From positions 62,001 through 126,000 of the forward strand of contig JAQGDQ010000367.1 in NCBI GenBank assembly GCA_030141605.1: a stretch of 64,000 bases of DNA, written 5' to 3'. Source of the stretch: Tubiluchus corallicola (taxonomy: Eukaryota; Animalia; Priapulida). This document shows positions 49,691 to 64,000 of the stretch, piece by piece. How positions within the stretch are numbered: position 1 is the first letter of the stretch; every line of letters begins with the position of its first letter. The translations under genes were made by a program, and so were the position numbers. The notes beneath the pieces were generated by a model. The model was not told the DNA's origin and ran no database searches. It saw only the letters and a list, made by a program, of their open reading frames with translations.

Positions 49691-52600
49691 GAAAACGCTG
49701 ATTGGTGTTTAAGTAGTAGTACACTTTGCTAGTTTATCATTTCGCCAGTCAAACTTTTCGCCAGTGCATCATTTACCCCATTACCCGTCAAGTCGAGTAG
49801 GTTTACAATATAACATTAAAAAGGTGATGTTACATTTGGTCAAAAAAGATTCTTTCGGATCTAACAGCTTTGTAACTAAACCGATTTTGAAGAAGTTCGG
49901 ACATACGGTAGGTGGCGTCGCTGTGCACTAGGACGCCAAAAATTGCTTGAGTTGAATACAAGATGGCGGAGATATGGCGATTTCGAAAGGTTCTGAAAAA
50001 GTGCTAATCCCTAGTTTTTCGATGACGAACAATTTTCTTTGGGACGGGTAGGGTTGCGACGGCGAAATGCCATTTATTTTCACCCCTGCCCTCACATTGT
50101 GATGGTTCGATCCATTACGAAGCCATTGCACTTCAGCAATGATACATACTATAAGTAGCTGTTATGGAATGACCCCGTCGATTCAGTAGGTGAACGTATC
50201 AGTTTTTATTATCTCAGCCCGTGTTCTGTTCTTGTCAACCAGCAGATAGATTCCTGGCAAGTTTTCTTTTAATTTCTATTTCCGAGTTCTATGTGTTATC
50301 AGTACCATCGTTGAAAATATCGTAACATCGTTACGATATATACATATGTAACAGGTATCGGCATGTTTTCATTTAGCCCCTTTGCGAACGAAAGCCATAA
50401 ATCGTACCGATGCGTGCGCATTATTCGATTCGCCATAAAAGGTAAAATCAGATGCACTGCGACAAAATTGAGAGTCGGGTTTCGCTTAACCAGAAAATAG
50501 CGATAAGTAGGATACTAAATCCCCAGATTGTATACTTTCCGAATCTGCTACTGTTTTCATTCTGCGATGCTTAGTTTCCGAGATCCTGATCTTTTTAGAA
50601 TACCTTAAAAACTAGATAGGCCAACTTAGCCAAATTTGGACCGACTTAGCCTATAATTTCGGGTCGTGACCCTTTGACCCGCCTGAGTTATGATTGGATC
50701 AGCAAAAATGTCCATTTTTGAGGAGCCATTACTCCTGAAAGAAGCCCCACCTATCCAAACGAAAAAAAACAAAAAGTAAAGCGCTATACATTGGCTATCC
50801 ACAGCCGGCTCCGTTTTGTCGAACCCTGAACCGTTACCGTTTTATAGGGCATCAAACATCATCGGTTAGAAAAAAATTCCCTATAAATATATACATATAT
50901 ATATACCAGGTATCGACATAACCAAATTTGGGAAGCTACATCTCCTGAACGAAGCCCTTTGCAATCACGTAATTAACACTCGATAATGATATAGGCTTGC
51001 GTTACTAGGCCTTTATCAACGTCCCAAATTTTGTGTACTTGAACCAAAATTTTACCAATAAGGTAGTTGATGCCACTTACCAAGATGGCTCAAAGTGCTG
51101 AAGGTCCTGTCAATTCTCTATCCAGTGACTTGCCACCCAACCGCCACCGCCACGAGGTTGCCACGCTGCGGCCGTTTCTCTAGACACATGTCGGTATCAA
51201 ACTTAAAACTTATGACAAAATTTTCAAATTTTGGAAGCCATAACTCTTAAAGGAACCCTTTCGGAATTACGTGACTAACAACACATAATGACCGTTCTCC
51301 GCCCTGCAGAGCTAAAATTTAGTGATATTGTTGTTTAACTTTATCCTAATATTGCTCAAGGAAAAAGCACCACGTACCAAGATGGCAGCCAGTTGTGATA
51401 GTCCTGTCGATTGTCTATCCAACCAGGTGTCACGCAGATGCCACCAATAAAAGATTACAGTGCTACGGCCCATTATTCCCCTTGTTGTTCCATTTATTAA
51501 CTTATATAAGATGGGGGGAGCTGACGTCTGAACGTTGTAACCCACTGTGACCCGTTCGTTATTTAGTTGTACAGTACTAGACATTTGCGATTTTCATCAA
51601 AGTTTTGGTGGGGGAAGATTAAAAGTTATCCACAAAAAAATTCGTAGCTATGGGTCAAGCCACAAAAAAGTTAACTTTGGAGTTCCACTGGTGAACTATA
51701 CCACTGGCGAACCGTACCACTGGAGGACAAAAATAATTTGTTTATGGATAAGGTATTAACATAGTAGAAAAAATTACCGGCGAAATGTATTAGTGGCAAA
51801 CCGTACCACTAGAAAACTGTCGAAATACCATTCCCACAGTCCCACACCGCTAGTACGAAACAACATTGCTTCGGCTAGTTACTGCATAATCAGTTGGAGT
51901 TTTTCATTACATTATGCGTTTTTGTGGTGTTACAATATACATTAAACTTTAGGTAATTACACCATGCGTTAGCTTTTTCCTGTTTATAAACAATCGGTAA
52001 TTGATTATAGGTCTGTTTTTCGCTCTTGTTCCTGCATTATCGTACATTAAAAATGAACGCGCCTGAAGCAGTATGTATAATTTCCAGCGACTATTGTATA
52101 GTTGCTGCGCGTGCCTTAACTATTTTAATTATCAGTAAATTTTCAGATTCAGCTCAAAAACTCGCCTTGAACGTTTATATTGTCTACACGGAGCCTCACT
52201 TTTCGAAGAGTTCACATTTAGACTATATAAATTTGTTAGCTTAGATTCACGCGTAAACTCAACCATTTTAATGTTTGGCTCTTGGCGGTTTGTAAAGGTA
52301 TTGAAATTCTACACTTTGTAAAAAGAACGCGAAGATTTAGTAGTACACAACCACTAACTTAGTAGAAACAAGTTGCATTAAGGCCGCTGGTTCGAATCCA
52401 GGCTGTATTACAACTTTTTCAATGCTTCCTTCCTTTCAAGTTTGGTACCAGAAATTGATTAATTGTGGATTTGTGCCATCAACAACTATAGTTCGTCTAC
52501 TTAATGATGTCTTTCCGGTATTTAGTGATATCAGTGTATCGACAACAATCGGTTAATGCAATTAATAAACTAAAATGGGGCTTAGACTAGGGTGTATTTG

Positions 52601-53212
52601 AGCGAGAAGCTACCTAAACCCTAGCTAAATGTGCAACTTCTATTTGTTTTTAGTTTTAAGTCTGACTCTGCACTCGACCCGCATTTCAAAAGGGAAGCTT
52701 GCACTTGTTTATGAATGTGGATTGGAACTTGTACAATGTACCTTCGCATTGTACGTCTGCAATGCATAGAACATGAGACTAAACGCAAGAGTTCGACAGG
52801 GCAAAGCTGTCAACTTTAATGATGGTGAAGATGGAAGCATACAATAATCCACAAATCAATATAAACAATTCAAGGTGAAATTTCTTGTAATAGCTCCATT
52901 ATGGCATCTATAACAGATAACGAGCGTACATTTGAAGATCAAGGTTTTTGGTTGCTGCCTCAGAGAACGCGTTTGGACAACGACTGAATAAATTCCAAAG
53001 AGTTAAACAACAAAATAGACGGTCAGGGTTAAGTATTTAAATTTAACATTTCGGGTTATGGGTCAACATAGTACTGAAGTTAAAATTCTAAAGTCAAGGA
53101 ACCTCATTTGAATACCCGGGGTATATAAGACCAGCTACATCCTTTGCTATTTTGTGAGTAAAATACTGTGTGTATACATCTTGTTGTGTTCTGTCGCTTA
53201 TATTTTTTCGTA

Positions 53213-62593
<9,381 letters not shown>

Positions 62594-63639
62594 TAACGAA
62601 TTGTGTCGCTATGAATCGCACAGGAATAAAAATAGTTAGTTATTCTACTAAACGCTCTCTAGATCTAAATATCTACAGTGGTAGCTATGCACGCTAATAT
62701 GTAAATCCAATAGGCCCATATTGTAATTTAGAATTTTACTGTTTTGTAGACTGTTCTCTGTACTTTATGAAATTAATTTCATTACTTCCAGTGAGTTGAA
62801 TTTGTTAAGGTTGTTTTATTGCTAGTATTGCTAGCGATGTAGTTGAAATGTCGTGAATTAGTTTTGTGGATCGAAACTTTTATTTATTTTTACTTTGTAA
62901 ATAAGTCGAAGTATAATTTGTAATGTACATTATTAAAAAGAAAATGTTTACTGCTTTGTATGCTATAAATATATAGGGATTCATGTTAAATGATAATTAA
63001 TTTTGCTTTTGAATGAAAATTGACTGTACATAGTGTAAAAGCACTTTACAAAACGATAGCATTAAATGTACGTAACTGCTGATATTGTAAATAAAAAATA
63101 AAGTATTTAACTTATTGACGTTTTAATTATTTTGGGATAGGCCTAATTTTGACATTTTATTCCTGTCCTAATTTTGGCATTTTTATTCCTTTGCTAAAGA
63201 TCGTGATCTAAATTCACGTTTTCATTCCCAAAACACAGAAGCTGACAGATAAATGTGATTCCAAGTTTCCTCCAAGGACTCATCGACCTTCCGTCTGAAT
63301 CACGAAGGATCTGGGTAAAGTCGCGTAAATAGTTTCAGATCTTCCTTTCTAAAAGCAGTATAGATTCGCGGTACTTTTAAAATCGTCGAGATTGACCAAA
63401 TTTGTGCACCTAGGCAACCTAGCCAACGTTAATCAACGATAAAAATCACTAGTTATTGTGGATTCGTTTTTTGAGATTGCTCAAGTTCCAAGTTTTTACT
63501 TCTTGAATGGTAGTGGTCCCATTGAGCACCATTCCCAAAATACAGGAAACCGTTACATCTCACCATCATCATCCAATGAATCATACGTCCAGTGACATGA
63601 TTCTGCTCACCTCCCTATGTCAGGACTCCCTGCTCGCCG

Positions 63640-64000
63640 CAATGCCCCAAGGACATTTATTTCTAAGGATCAATGCTGAAGTGTTTAAACCTTTCTGTGC
63701 AAAATCTAAATATGGTAACATTTGTCCTCCTGCAGGTTTTTTTAGCTGGTTCAATGGCTTGTTGAAGAGCTATCTTCACTGGAATATCATCAGGTAGTCT
63801 AAGCATATGCCCAATCCATCTTAAACGGCGTATTTTTATTTTTCTTGTCCAAGGTTCTTCTACTTATTACATCTACTTATTAATGACTAATGATAGTTGG
63901 TTACTGATTTATAGCTGATCAAACTATAATAATTTAGACATTCCAACGCGTTTTGTTCTGTTAGTCACAATAATGCCTCGTTTTCAACCAATCAAATAAA
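63640..64000 (-). mobile_element. Degenerate RTE-clade LINE ORF fragment
   Basis: Minus-strand KIKIRRLRWIGHMLRLPDDIPVKIALQQA contains the RRLRWxGHxxR motif of RTE ORFs; stops and frameshifts upstream. Confidence 0.75.

Noticed and set aside
52340-52420. tRNA gene (B-box GGTTCGAATCC; similar remnants at ~36270 and ~18970)
   Set aside because: No cloverleaf can be formed; at most decayed tRNA-derived SINE heads.

Overview
AT-rich, intron-rich animal (probably invertebrate) nuclear DNA, so most entries in the supplied ORF track are spurious and gene models were built by hand from splice sites. Five genes are supported. (1) The 5' part of mitochondrial ATP synthase subunit c (ATP5MC/ATP5G) on the minus strand, running off the window start. 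(2) JAZF1, head-to-head with it, with a strong candidate 9-nt microexon. (3) A complete 14-exon ERMP1 (M28 metallopeptidase). (4, 5) Two tandem 11-exon papain-family (C1A) protease paralogs with an intact Cys-His-Asn triad, a furin-type site exactly at the pro/mature boundary, a very basic propeptide and six extra conserved cysteines. Introns and intergenic DNA hold many transposon relics: a Kolobok-like element with ~500-bp TIRs, a 5S-rRNA-headed SINE with an RTE tail, hAT, piggyBac and Tc1/pogo-like MITEs, a solo LTR, LINE 3' ends and long microsatellites. Three TTAA-ended transposon termini lie 22-26 nt upstream of ERMP1 3' splice sites. All calls come from reading the sequence and remembered family motifs; no searches were run.
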